Shown here: piece by piece, positions 24,901 to 36,682 of the stretch
Position numbering within the stretch: position 1 is the first letter of the stretch
Layout of the letters: each line of letters begins with the position of its first letter
Origin: Lama guanicoe
Taxonomy: Eukaryota
Direction of reading: 5' to 3'
Length of the DNA stretch: 64,000 nt
Assembly (NCBI GenBank): GCA_013239625.1
Contig: MU054338.1
Span: 6,426,724-6,490,723 of the forward strand
The notes under the pieces: generated by a model
What the model saw: only the letters and a program-made list of their open reading frames with translations
Databases searched by the model: none
What the model was told of the DNA's origin: nothing
Program-made: the position numbers and the translations under genes

Positions 24901-27900
24901 ATGAAAACAACAACAACAGTAGCAGCAACTCCATGCTGGGTGCTGTTGTAAGCACTGGGCATGTATTGGCTCATCTAACCATCACAACAGCCCCATGAGG
25001 GTGAGACTCTCATGATCCCCACTTCAGAGATGAGGAAAATGAGGCCCAGAGAGGTTGAGACACTTGTCATAGGTCACACATCCAGGGAATGGCACAGCTT
25101 AGATTAAACCTGCTCTTTACCTCACCTGTTCATCACCACCTGACATCAGACTGGGGACTATCTCCTCTCTGTCTTCCCCCTAATATGTGGGCCAGCAGAG
25201 GACAAGGCTCTGAATGTCTCATTTAGTGCTGTGTCCTAGAGCAGAGGCTGGTGATGGCGGGAGTTTTATAAATACTTGTTGATCAAACTAGTGGATGGAT
25301 GGAGGTGGGGGAAACCTAGAACCTTCTCCCCAGTGCTGATAAAGGTCTCTCACCCATTCCTCCCCAGCCCCAGCAAGCGCCAAGGAGACAGACTCACGCG
25401 TTTTTTGTGCCCTTCTGCCCGCAGAACTCGCCTCGGCTATCAGTGGGGTAGATCACCTTTCGAGGGTCCCCATGGGTCCAAGCTGTGGAGGGATCCAGGG
25501 ATGCTGAGGCACTGCCACCCCTTAGCACCAGCCCCACTCTGCCCCAGAGGCTATGGCTTGCCCTCCCACCCTGGAACCCCAATACCCTCCCCTCCTCTGC
25601 TCACCTATGATGCCTACAGCCACATAGCCCACAATGGCCAGGAGGAGGAACACACAGCAAATGATATCTGTGCAGCCCCTGGGGAGCAAGGGACCACATC
25701 AGGGTGGGAGTACTGGTGTCCTGTATATCATGAATTCATCCTACCTTGCACACATACACATATCCAAGGGCTATTTGGACACATGTTCCTGAAGGGTCAA
25801 AGGGCACGTGTATTTTAAATGTTAACACCTTTCACTGCAGCACTAGTTACAATTGTCAAGATATAGAAGCAACTCAAGTGCCCATCGATAGAAGAATGAA
25901 CAAAGAAGAAGTAGTGCATATATATACATATATAGGAATGTAATATATAACACATATAATATATAATGGAATACTACTCAGCCATTAAAAAGAGTGAAAT
26001 CTTGCTATTTGCAGCAACATGGAATGGACTTGGAGGATATAATGCCAAGTGAAATAAGTCAGAGAGAAACAATGTATGTTATATGTAAAATCTAAAAAAC
26101 AAAACAAATGAGCAAACAAAACAAAACAGAAACAGACTCATAGATGCAGAGAACAAACTGGCAGTCATCAAAGGGGAGGTAGGGGGGACAGAGGAAACAG
26201 GTGAAGGGGATTAAAGGTGCAAACTTCCAAGTATAAAATAAATGTCATGGAGATATAATATACACATCAGGAATATAGTAAATAATACTGTAACAACTCT
26301 GTATGGTTACAGATGGTAACTGGCCTTATTGCAGTGACCATTTCATAATGTATAAAAATATCAAATTACTATGTTGTATAACTGAAATTAGTATATTATG
26401 TTAGTTATAACTCAAACATCCCTCAAAATAAATTTTAATACCTAATGCTATATTGTCCTCAAAGCAGGTTGCAGCAATGTTCAGCTCTCTTTGGATTGAG
26501 TGCCCATTTCCCCACATCTTTACCAGCATTACATATCAATGTTTTTAAAATTTAAGCTATTTTGTGGTGATCATTTTGCAATATGTAGAAACAATGTATC
26601 ACTATGTTATGCACCAGGAACTAACATAGTGATGTAGGTCAATTATACTTCAAACAAAATTCATAGAAAAAGAGATCATATTTGTGGTTACCAGAGGAAG
26701 GGCAGGGGGGCATTGGATGAAGGTGATCAAAAGGTACAAATTTCCAGTTATAAGATAAATAAGTACCAGGGATATAATGTACAACATGATTAAAACCATT
26801 AACACTGCTGTAGGTTATATACAAAAGTTGTTAAGAGAGTAAATCCTAAGAGGTCTCATCCATAAGACTTTCTCAAAAGGAAACATATTCTTTCTTTTTC
26901 TTTTCTTTTCTATCTATGAGATAATGGATGTTCACTTAACTTATTATGATAATCATGATATTTGGAAATGAAATCATTATGCTGTATACCTTAAACTTAC
27001 ACAGTACTATATATCAATTATATCTCAATAAAACTGGAAGAAAAATGAAAAAAAAACATGTTTCACAAACCATGTTAGCATCTACTCAATTTTTTAAAAC
27101 TATTTCTTTATCATATGATCAAATGTGAACATGATAAAATTTAAACCATACAGGAATGTATGTAATTAAGAAATGTCTCCCATAGAATTCACCTTACCAT
27201 GAGTAACCTCTATTAATGGTTTCTTGTGAGCCCTTTATTTATTGGTACAAATGTTTTCCAAAAAATTTTTTTTTTTGCTGGTGAGGGTATAGCTCAAGTG
27301 ATAGAGCACATGTTTAGCATGCACAAGGTCCTGGGTTCAATCCCCAGTTACTCCTCTAAAAATAAATATATAAATAAATAAGTAAACCTAATTACCTCCA
27401 AAAAAAATTTTTTTTAATTTAATTCAAGCATGATACATCCACTGTTTATGTCTTATTTTTTCACTTACTAAATTGAGAGGGATCCAAAAGAAAAAAAAGA
27501 TTTAATTAAAAAAAGTTTTTAAAGAAACAAAACAAATTTTTTAAAGAGATGGATCCACATCACTACTTAGAAAGGCTCAAGTACATTTTACCAGCTGTGT
27601 AATATTATAACCTAAGGATGCACTGTTGTAACTAGTATCTAACTAGTTCCAAGAGATGCAACCCAGATTGTTGGTTTTCACCATTTTTCAAAAAGGCAGC
27701 AGTATCATACATTTTTGTCCATGTATGCAAGGTTTAGTAGGAGAATTATTTTCCTAGAATTTTAATTGCTAAAACAAAGAACTGAACATTAAAAAAAAAT
27801 TGCATTTCTAAGTTCCCTCCAAAAAAGACTATCAACTAGTTTCAGAGCAGACTATAAGTCAATCTTTTTTCTTAATTGATGTAACAGTGATTTATAACAT

Positions 27901-28862
27901 TATATTTCTACTTCTGTATATTCTAGTGTGTCAGTCTTCTATGTATGTGTGTGTGCATGTGTGTGTGTGCGTGAGAGAATATTTTTAACCTCTGCCAATC
28001 TGTGACAGGGAAATTCTATTTGGTTATTGTTTTGTGTTACTTTCCATTACTTTTCAGTGAGTTTGAGCATTCATTTCTCCATTAACTCCATTTTCGACAG
28101 CATTTCTTGTTCTATAAATGATCTGTTCCAGTCTTTTGCTTGAATTTTAAAAGTTCATTTGTAAAGACTCTTTGTATATTAAGGAAGTTTTTCTTATTGT
28201 TCTTTTATCTTTAAGTTTCTTTATCGTTAAGTTGCAAATATTAATCACTAGTTCGTTGGCGAACAGATGTGGAGCTGTGTGTAAAGAAACAGGGGTGGAG
28301 GCAGTGTTAGCAGAGACCCCTCCCCTCCCAGGAGCCCAGAGCCCTTACCTGTTGTAAATGGGTCCTTTGAAGGCGGGGTCATACTTCTGTGGTGTTCCTG
28401 AAAATCAGCCAGACGGACCAAGATGGGACTGGGAGATCACCCTTCCCCAGAGGTCCCTAGGGGTGTCTTTGGCCACGGGAGGAGTAAGATTCAGAGATCC
28501 TGCGGATTTTCTATCAACTGGCGACCACTCACTGGGAGGGGGCTGGAAAGGGGGCCGCCAGCGAGCCCGGTGGAGAGGGGAGGGTCCAAAATAGGATCTG
28601 GAAGGTTCCCACAGGAGTACTAGGGAGGTGGCAACGAGGCTCTTCGGAGGACGGAGTTTGGAGGGGCCTCCGGGTGAAGACTGGGGTGAGGGATGCTGGC
28701 AGGTGATGATGAGGGGCCTACAGGAAGAGATCTGAAATTCCGCTCGCCCCTCAGCCCCCATCCTCGTCCTCCCGCTGCCCCCTCCAAGTTGCCAGACCCG
28801 GGTGCGGGCGGCGGGCGCTGCCTACCGTGCTTCCCGTAGTAGTGCTGCCGCTCGCCCGCCAT
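17014..28862 (-). CDS. SLC44A2: Choline transporter-like protein 2 (CTL2), 706-aa isoform from the proximal promoter
   Basis: Minus-strand exons: 28862-28826, 28397-28349, 25678-25605, 25482-25398, 24835-24751, 24520-24410, 24317-24257, 24151-24028, 23910-23827, 23733-23621, 22275-22144, 22052-21953, 21867-21775, 21605-21521, 20931-20669, 20583-20489, 19840-19737, 19630-19557, 19471-19401, 19241-19153, 18052-17968, 17120-17014. All introns GT-AG and phases consistent; sum 2121 nt = 706 aa + TAA. Peptide [33 protein letters not shown]...[35 protein letters not shown]. Confidence 0.97.
17378..17499 (-). CDS. SLC44A2: SLC44A2 alternative last coding exon giving a 711-aa C-terminal variant ([40 protein letters not shown])
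   Basis: CAG acceptor at 17502-17500, same phase as the downstream last exon, stop TAG at 17380-17378. Clear paralog of exon 17120-17014. Confidence 0.88.
18893..19060 (-). mobile_element. tRNA-derived SINE (Vic-1-like) with (ATT)16 microsatellite at 18925-18972
   Basis: Reverse complement of the SINE consensus with an expanded tail. Confidence 0.85.
25830..27060 (+). mobile_element. Cluster of LINE-1 3'-end fragments in SLC44A2 intron 2
   Basis: aatggaatactactcagccattaaaaag...gcagcaacatgg...agtgaaataagtcag, plus further L1MA-like tails. Confidence 0.75.
27281..27407 (+). mobile_element. tRNA-derived SINE (Vic-1-like)
   Basis: GAGGGTATAGCTCAAGTGATAGAGCACATGTTTAGCATGCACAAGGTCCTGGGTTCAATCCCCAG. 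Confidence 0.85.
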
Positions 28863-29300
28863 CCCTGCAGGTGCCCAGCCCCGCCGGCCGCCCGCCTGCT
28901 CCCGTGCCCGCTTGGCCCTCGGGTCCCGACGCGCGGGCGTCCCGAGGGAGGGACCGAGGGACCGACTGGCGGCGGCTCCTCCCAGCAAAGAGCCGGGAGG
29001 GGCGGCCCAAACCGGTCAGACCGGCCCTAGTGGAGCGGCTGCCTCCGGACAGACTGGACCGCGAAACGGAGGGAGGCAGGGAAGGAGGAGGGGGCCGGGC
29101 GGGGCGGCAGCTGCTCCCGCCACTCACCCGCCGGCCGGATTTAGCCCTCCCCGCCCGCCGCCCGGCCCCCACCCCGGGCACCCTGAGGCAGCGCTCCGTG
29201 GCCTGGGTTCCCCCCACCACCCACCAGGCGACACCGCCTAGAACAACCCTCCAGCCTGGAAGGCGCCTGATAATTGTCCCATTCTCCAGGTACGGAAGCT
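28540..29300 (-). promoter_or_regulatory. CpG island / proximal promoter of SLC44A2
   Basis: GC/CpG-rich with GC boxes around the first exon at 28862-28826. Confidence 0.8.
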
Positions 29301-30634
29301 GAGGCACAAGGAGGTTAAATCTCTAGCCAGGCGCCACAAAACCGGCAGTTGGTTTTGCTGAACTCAAACAACCAATTATAGCCTATTCAGGCTGAAAACT
29401 CTCAAACCAGTGGTGGTGGTGGGGAGGGTGTTTGTTTCTTCAGGTCTGCATTCTTAAAAAAATTAAATGCCAGGAGTTAAATATTTGTAGTCTATTTAAA
29501 AATCCACATCGCCAGTCTCTTTAAAACAGCGACTTACAGTCCCCATGTCACATCCCTGCCTGGCTCTGGTCCCTCTGTGGCCCCTGAGGCTACACACCTG
29601 AGCTAGCCATCCCTGCACACCCCCACAGTCGATAATCCTGAAGCCACTGTTTTGGAGAACAAGTATTTACTGAGTGCCTACTGGCTGGGCACCAGGAACA
29701 GGGGCAAATGAGAGAGACCCAGTCTTGTGGGTCTGTCCTGGTGGAGCTGACATCCTTCTGGGTGCATTTGAGCCAGAGGATATTCAGGCCAGTGCCTTCC
29801 TTTCCCTGAGCCTCAGTTTCCTCAATTGTGATATGGGGCTAAAGCATAAAGGCAAAATCAGCCAAAACTAGGTACGGGTACCAGGAGATATTCAGTTAGC
29901 GCAGATGCACTATATTGTCAGTGTAGGGGAGTTCAGCGGATGTGGGGGTATACAGTAGGTATGGGGGTACTGCCAACATGGGGCATATAGCCCACATGGA
30001 GGTATACAGTTAGGGGTGCTTAATCAGTGTGGGATATACAGTAGGGTAGTGGTATACAGCTGGTGGAAGGTATATAGTCAGTGTGGGGTTGCACAGCTTG
30101 TGTGGGAGTACACAGCCCCCACGGCTGTATCCTCCCTTCATCATGTGCCTGTTCTCACTGCATCTCTCAACAACCCTTGGGCCCAGTTGTATATTTACAG
30201 TACAACCAACTATACAGAGCATACAGCAAGCAAGGGTCATAAGTGTGGTTATATACAGTTGGTGCTTAATTGTAGCTGCTGCCTCAGAGTCAGGCACCCC
30301 CTGGTGGGGCTCTGGTCACCAACTCAGCTTGTCCTTAGAGAAACGTCACCTCCCCCTCCTAGTGGCTTCCAGCTGTGGAGGCCCACCTGCCCCCTGGCCC
30401 ACAGGCTTGAGCAAACAGACAGTCAAGGCCCCAGGCTCAAAGCCATGCCCTTGAGTGACCAGGCCTCCCAAAGTAGTCCTCTGGTTGCCACAGTCCCACC
30501 CAGTCCGAGCGGTGCCCAGGCCACAGCCTCTCCTCTTCCCAGATACACTCGGTCCCCTGGGGACACACTGGCAGATGCAGGCCTTCAACCACCAGCTCCA
30601 CCCTGATGATGCCCAAATGTGGACCCCTGGGAGT

Positions 30635-30753
30635 AGGGAGGGCATAGCTCAAGTGGTAGAGCGCATGCTTAGCATACACAAGGTCCTGGGTTCCATCCCA
30701 GTACCTCCTCCAAAAATAAATAAGTAAACCTAACAATCTCCTTCTCAAAAAAT
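30635..30753 (+). mobile_element. tRNA-derived SINE (Vic-1-like)
   Basis: GGGAGGGCATAGCTCAAGTGGTAGAGCGCATGCTTAGC...CAGTACCTCC plus tail. Confidence 0.85.
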
Positions 30754-31729
30754 TTTTTTAAAAATGTGGACCTTTGGGGAGGGCCTCACCCCGAGCTGCA
30801 TGTCCCTGTGACTCTGCCCGCCAGAACCCCACAAGGGGTCTCATGGGCACCTCCCACTCAGCATGGCCACATCAAGCCCTTGCGTGTCCCCCAAGCTGCC
30901 CCAAGTCAGAAGTGCTCAGGCTGGAAACCTGGGATACCTCTCTGCTTTATATCAGCTTTGCCTTCAGAATTTGTCTAGAATCCAACTATTTCTCACCCTC
31001 TCCTCAGCCCCCACCCTTGTCACACGGCTGTCATCTCCTGTCTGGACAGTGCAGCTCCCACTCTTGTCCCGCACTGTTCCCCCAACAGCGGCCAGAGGAG
31101 CCTGTAAACACCCAAGTCAGGGCACATCCCTCCTCTGCCCCGAACCCAGAGGAGACTCCCATCTCACTCTGAGGAAAAGCCCAAGTCCTCCCTGCAGCCC
31201 ACGAGGCCCTGCCTGCTCTCCTTGTCACCTCCCTGACCTCACCTCCTTCACTCTCTCCTCTCGCTCTGTTCCAGCCTCGCTGGCCTCCTGGCCATACACA
31301 AGCTCACCAGGCACAGTCTCCCTTCAGCACCTCTGCAATGGCTGTTCCCTCCACCTAGAAAGCTCTTCCCCGTGAGACATCTACGTGACTCCACCTTCTT
31401 CATACCTCTGCTCAAACATCACCTCCTCAGAGACTTTCTCTGACCGTCCTAAGACAGCGCCCTTTCCCCCTTTCCCCTGTTACCCTGTTTCATTTTGTTT
31501 CTTACCACCTAACACCACTCATTTATATATTGGTTGTTTACTGTCTGCCCGCATGTTTACTGCACAGGGCAGGGACTGATGTCCGTTTTGTTCAGAACTA
31601 TGTCTCCAGCGCCCAGCACAGCACCTGGCATAGAACAGGCCAGCAGTCAGGGTTTGTTAAATGAATAACCACAGCATATAATCCATGTATGCATAGCTAA
31701 AACTGAAAATAAAAATGCAGCTTAAAGGG

Positions 31730-31807
31730 GATGGGGGATAGCTCAGTGGTAGAGCATGTGCTTAACATGTGTGGGGTTTTCAATCCCCAGTACCTCCATT
31801 AAAAAAA
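31730..31807 (+). mobile_element. tRNA-derived SINE with internal deletion
   Basis: ATAGCTCAGTGGTAGAGCATGTGCTTAACATG...TTCAATCCCCAGTACCTCC plus poly-A. Confidence 0.75.
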
Positions 31808-33218
31808 ATTTTTTTAAAGCAAGGGAAAAAAAAGCAGCTTAGAGTTTTCCAGGTGCCCATATTAATTTGCAAATTTTATACATATAAGAATTTAATATAT
31901 ATTAAGTGTGGAATTTCTAGCTGGCAGGGAAAGGATAATCAGTCACTAGCTTTGACTTTGCATTTGGAAGAAAATGAAGTTAACTCCACCTCCAACACCT
32001 TGCAAAACAAATTCCATGTGGATTAATCATACAAATGTAGAAAACTGAAAACCATCACAAGTATGAAGGGAAAACACAAGAGCATATTTCAACCTTCTGA
32101 TAAGAGGTGAGACCAGTAAGATGGGTGGAGGAGAGAGAAGGCAGCTCAGGAGGTTTCTAGTATCAGCCAAATAGCAGCCAGATTGGCAGTGGGAGCCGTC
32201 AGATAAGAACGGCTTGTGCTAACGAAGGAATACCTTTCAGACCCTGGCTCAGGGCTCTTTACCAAATAGGCACTCCTATTAACAAGCCATTTTACAACAG
32301 AGAAAACCGAAGGTCAGGGAGAGGAACCTGCATGCCCAGTACCCTAGCAACAAGTGGTGGGTCCCTACTCCAGTTTTGATGGGTGAATGGGAGCCACTGA
32401 GGGTGTTTGAGCAGGAGCATGACAGCATGTTCAGGCTGGAGAGGCGAAGTCTCCATCAGTTCTCAGGGAAATTTGGTGGCTGTGGCTGGGACAGTTGAGC
32501 TATGGCCTTGTAGTGTGAACTTGTCAGATGAAATTAAAGATGCAGAGCTAGGCGCCTGGTGTAGCCTTGGCTCAGGGCCTTGCCTTGTGGGTGGCTCAGG
32601 AAATATAAGAGGGAACATTGGTACTGTCATCTGATGAGTTCCATTAGCTCTCATTTTAACATTAGCCAAGGGGAGACAGAGGGAGGGGCAAAGTGAATCC
32701 TAATGGTTTGATAATTGAGCCTGATTCAAACCCTGCAGGGTGGAAACTTGCTGTATCTTTGCAACAATGCCCCAGTGCCTCTCTGTCACTGGTTTACTGA
32801 GTGCCAGGTGCTCTTCAGAAACATTACACGGTTTACCTCAATTCACCCTTACAGCAACTTTGTGGGTTGATCCCATTTGACAGATGTGAAAACTGAGGCC
32901 CAGAGAGACATAACATGCTGGGGCCACAAAGCTGGTGAGCCACAGAGCCAGGCCACCCTGCTCCCGAGTTAGTGCTTGTACGAGGTTCCTATGGCTGTAA
33001 GCTGTGACCACCAATTTGGCAGCTTAAAAACAACACAAATTTATTATCTCCAGGTTCCAGAGGTCAGACATCCAAAGTAAATCTCACTGGGCCAAAATCA
33101 AGGTGCTGGCCAGGCTGCAAGCCTTCTGCAGTCTCAGAGAATCTTCTCCCTTGTTAGGTCTCCTCCTCTGACTCCCCTGCCTCCCTCTTTTCTTTCTTTT
33201 TTAATTCCTTTTTTTTTG

Positions 33219-33340
33219 TGGGGGTGGGTAGGTAACCAGGTTTATTTATTTATTTATTTTTACTGGAGGTTCTGGGGATTGAACCCAGTACCTCTCGCAT
33301 GCTGAGTACACGCTCTACCACTGAGCTATACCTTCACCCT
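33219..33340 (-). mobile_element. tRNA-derived SINE (Vic-1-like)
   Basis: Reverse complement of the consensus; sits in a T-rich L1 tail. Confidence 0.8.
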
Positions 33341-33394
33341 CCGTCTTTTTTTTCTTTTTTCTTTATTTATATACTTATATTACAATATATTTTA

Positions 33395-34243
33395 AAAAAT
33401 TGAAGTATAGTTGATGTACAATATTATATATGTTACAGGCATACAACATAGTAATCCACAATTTTCAAAGGTTACACTCCATTTACAGTTATTATAAAAT
33501 ATTGGCTACATTCCCCATGTTGTACAATACATCCTTGTAGCTTATTTTATACCTGATAGTTTGTACCTCTTACTCCTCCCCCCTCCATCTTGCTCCGCCC
33601 CCTTCCCTCTCCCCACTGGTAACCACTATTTCCTTCTCTACATCTGTGAGTCTGTTTCTTTTCTGTTACATTCACTAGTTTGCTGTATTTTTTTAGATTT
33701 TCGCATGTTAAGTGGTATCTTACAGTATTTATCTTTCTCTGTCTGACTTATTTCACTTAGCATGATTCCATCCATGCTGTACGCCAGAAACTAATACATT
33801 TTAAATCAACTGTACTTCAATTAAAAAGCAAACCAACAACCAACCAAGCCATTTAAAATATGGGCAGAGCCTACCCAGCTAGCTCGGTCGGTAGAGCATG
33901 AGACTCTTAAAATATGGGCAGAAGAACTGAACAGACATTTTTCCACAAGAGGAAATGCAGATGGCCAACAGGAACATGAAAAGTTGCTCAACATCACTAG
34001 TATCAGGGAAATGCAAATCAAAATCACAATGACATATTATCTCACACCTGTCAGAGTGGCCATCATCAAAAAGAACACGAATAACAAATGTTGGCAAGGA
34101 TGTGGAGAAAAGGGAACCCTTGTAACTGTTGGCGGGAATGTAAATTGGTGCAGCGACTATGGAAAACAATATGGAGGTTTCTCAAAAACCTAAAAACAGA
34201 AACACCATATGGCCCAGCAATTCCACTCCTGGGCATATATCTG
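33395..34243. mobile_element. LINE-1 insertion with oppositely oriented segments (3' end on minus about 33395-33776; ORF2 C-terminal part on plus about 33840-34243)
   Basis: ORF-track peptides [21 protein letters not shown]...[12 protein letters not shown] and WKTIWRFLKNLKTETPYGPAIPLLGIY are L1 ORF2p C-terminal motifs, frameshifted. Confidence 0.8.
33869..33910 (+). pseudogene. Tailless retropseudogene of the tRNA-Lys(CTT) 5' half
   Basis: ACCCAGCTAGCTCGGTCGGTAGAGCATGAGACTCTTAA matches tRNA-Lys-CTT GCCCGGCTAGCTCAGTCGGTAGAGCATGAGACTCTTAA with 3 mismatches. Flanked by direct repeat TTAAAATATGGGCAGA (33853-33868, 33907-33922). Confidence 0.85.
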
Positions 34244-34452
34244 AGCTCTCTTTTCTTTATAAGGAAACTTGTTCTTGGGCCCACCTGGATGAGCCTGGAT
34301 TCATCTCCCCATCTCACGATCCTAAATTTAATCTCATGTGCAAATTCCCTTTTGCCGTGTGAGGTAACAGAGTAACAGGTTCCAGGAATTAGGGTGCGGA
34401 CATCTTTGGGGGCACTGTTATGCTGCCTACCACAGTGTGTTAATCATTCAGG

Positions 34453-35207
34453 CCAGGGTTCGCAAACCATCCCCCATGGGGCAATCCATCCACCGTGTTT
34501 TCATAGGGCTCAAAGCTAAGAATGGTCTTTCTATTAAAAAAATTTTTTTTTTAAATTTACAATGTTGTATCAGTTTCTGGTGTCAGCATAGTGATTCATT
34601 TATCTGTGTTGGAATGTTTGTAACTGCTGATTCAGTCATATATATATATATATATATATATATACACGTAATTCTTTTTCATTTTTTTTGGAGGGGGAGG
34701 TAATAAGATTTATTTACTTTAATGGCCATATGGGGGATTGAACCCAGGACCTCGTGCATGCTAACTAAGCACACACTCTACCACTGAGCTACACCCTCCA
34801 CCTGGCCATATTCTTTCTCACTACAGGTTACTGCAACCTATTGAATATAGTTCTGTGCTCTACAGTAGGACCTTATTTTATCTATCCTGTACATAGCAGT
34901 TTGTATCTGCCAATCCCAAGCTCCCAATTATTTCTCCCTCCACCAGTCTTTCCATTTTTAAATAACTGAAAAACATGAAAAGAAGACTACGTCTTCATGT
35001 GAAATTTCAAATGTCAGGGGCCGTAAGTCTAATTCTCTTGGCCCAGAGCCACGCTCATTCCTTCTCATCTTGTCCAGGCTGCTCGCTGTCATGTTGTCTA
35101 TTGCCTATGGCAGACTTGAGCAGCAGTGATAAGAGACTATATGGAGCCCTTAGAGCTGGAAATATTTACTCTCTGGTCCTTTACAGAAGTTTATTGCCCC
35201 CTGGTCT
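34453..35207. mobile_element. MER58/hAT-like DNA transposon remnant, interrupted by L1, SINE and (TA)n
   Basis: Ends CAGGGTTCGCAAAC... and ...ggtcctttacagaagtttattgccccctg resemble MER58 terminal inverted repeats. Confidence 0.5.
34690..34800 (-). mobile_element. tRNA-derived SINE (Vic-1-like)
   Basis: ggggattgaacccaggacctcgtgcatgc...ctaccactgagctacaccctcc. Confidence 0.8.
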
Positions 35208-36527
35208 CTAGGCAGTGAACTGACATGTGTTGAGCCCAAGTCTGCGCCACCCTGCTTCATGGGCTCTGCTGACAACGACCAGAAGTGGTAAGACGTGTCA
35301 TTCATCCCCCTCAACACTGGGGGGGGGGGAATTGACAAGCCCTCTCCCTCTCCAGACTGCCATTTTCCCATGTGGAGAATGGGACTCAAGTTTGCATTTC
35401 CTGGTAGGTATTGCCAGGACCTGATGCAGAAAAAACAAATCAGCACAGGTCTGGGGTCCAAGGCTTCCAGAAACGCTAACTAGGAATGAGGCCCCATTTG
35501 ACAGAGGGGGTAAACTGAGGCCTTGTGTTCCAACCACATAGCTGGTGAGCTGTGCATCGAATCAAGGCCCTGCTGGCTCCAACCCAAGCCTCTTCGTTGG
35601 CAGATGCTGGGAGAGATGTGACAATGGTGGGGGAGAAGGTCTCAGAAAGTTGGGCTATAAGACCAGGTTTGGAGAGGGGAGGCAGCCCTTGGGTCCAGGC
35701 CTGGCTGGGCAGGATGGCCGGCCCACCCAGTTCAATGGGCGTAGGAGATAAGAGAACAGAGAGAGGCTGCCTGGTCACGATCCTCGTGCCAGGACATCAA
35801 GTGGCACCCAGCCCCCGCGGCTTCTGGTTACAGGCCAAGTCCACAAGGCCTGCAGCAGCCCCAGGCCTCGCCCACGCAGCCAGGCTGGCTTACCCCGCCT
35901 TCCCAGAAATCTGTGCATGGGTAATGGACATCCCAGCTGCCCAGATAAGTCCCTTTGACAAAAGGTTTGGGGACAGCATCTGGGTAGGAAAACTAGAAGT
36001 GACTCCACTGACAGCAATGCTGGGAGCAAGAAATAGAGCACTACTGTTTGCTGGGCACTGAAGCAGACATTTCCTTCCAGGAACTCATTTGATTCCTACA
36101 ATGAGGCTCTGAGGGTAGATGGCATAATGGAGAAACAGAGGCCCAGAGATGCTTCATGACTTGTCTGAAATCACCCAGTCAGTGGGAACTGGGATTTTGA
36201 ACTCTGCTCCTGCTCCTCAGCTGTGTACTCTGCAAAGAACTCCGATTAACCGGGCATTTACCATAGACCCAGCTCCAGTGGAGTGCTAGACCTGCAGGAG
36301 TTCACTGGTCCCTTGAGGTAGACCCGAGAGGGAGCGGACACTTTAACTCCATTTTCTAGACGGAGAGACAGGCTCAGATATATGAAAGGTACAGACACAA
36401 AAGGTTCAGGGATACATGAAAGGGTCTGTGCTGGTACAGAGCTGGGAACAATGGAGCAGGTGTGGGGGAGGAATAAATGAAGAGTTTGGGACTAACATAT
36501 ACACACTTCTATATATAAAATAGACAG

Positions 36528-36682
36528 GAGGAGGGTACAGCTCAGTGGAAGAGTGTGTGCTTAGCATGCACGAGGTCCTGGGTTCAATCTCCATGCCTCC
36601 ATTGAAAATAAATAAATATAATTACCTCCCCCAAAATAAAAATAAATGGAATGATAAAATATAAATAAATAAAAAGAGAAAA
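36528..36682 (+). mobile_element. tRNA-derived SINE inserted in an L1 3' end (about 36455-36905)
   Basis: SINE consensus interrupts L1 3'UTR-like sequence, with AAAATAGA on both sides. Confidence 0.8.

Larger units (their letters stand above)
32985..34435. mobile_element. MLT1/MaLR-type solo LTR split by the L1/SINE insertion
   Basis: gcttaaaaacaacacaaatttattatctc...aatcaaggtg (left) and gggcccacctggat...gtgaggtaaca...ggacatctttggggg...tgcctaccaca (right). Confidence 0.6.

Noticed and set aside
29880..30270. CRISPR-like repeat array
   Set aside because: Mammalian DNA, no invariant repeat or unique spacers, no cas genes; treated as a decayed minisatellite.
33984..34375. ORFs with reverse-transcriptase-protein-like C-terminal text
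   Set aside because: Frameshifted LINE-1 ORF2 remnant, not an intact gene.
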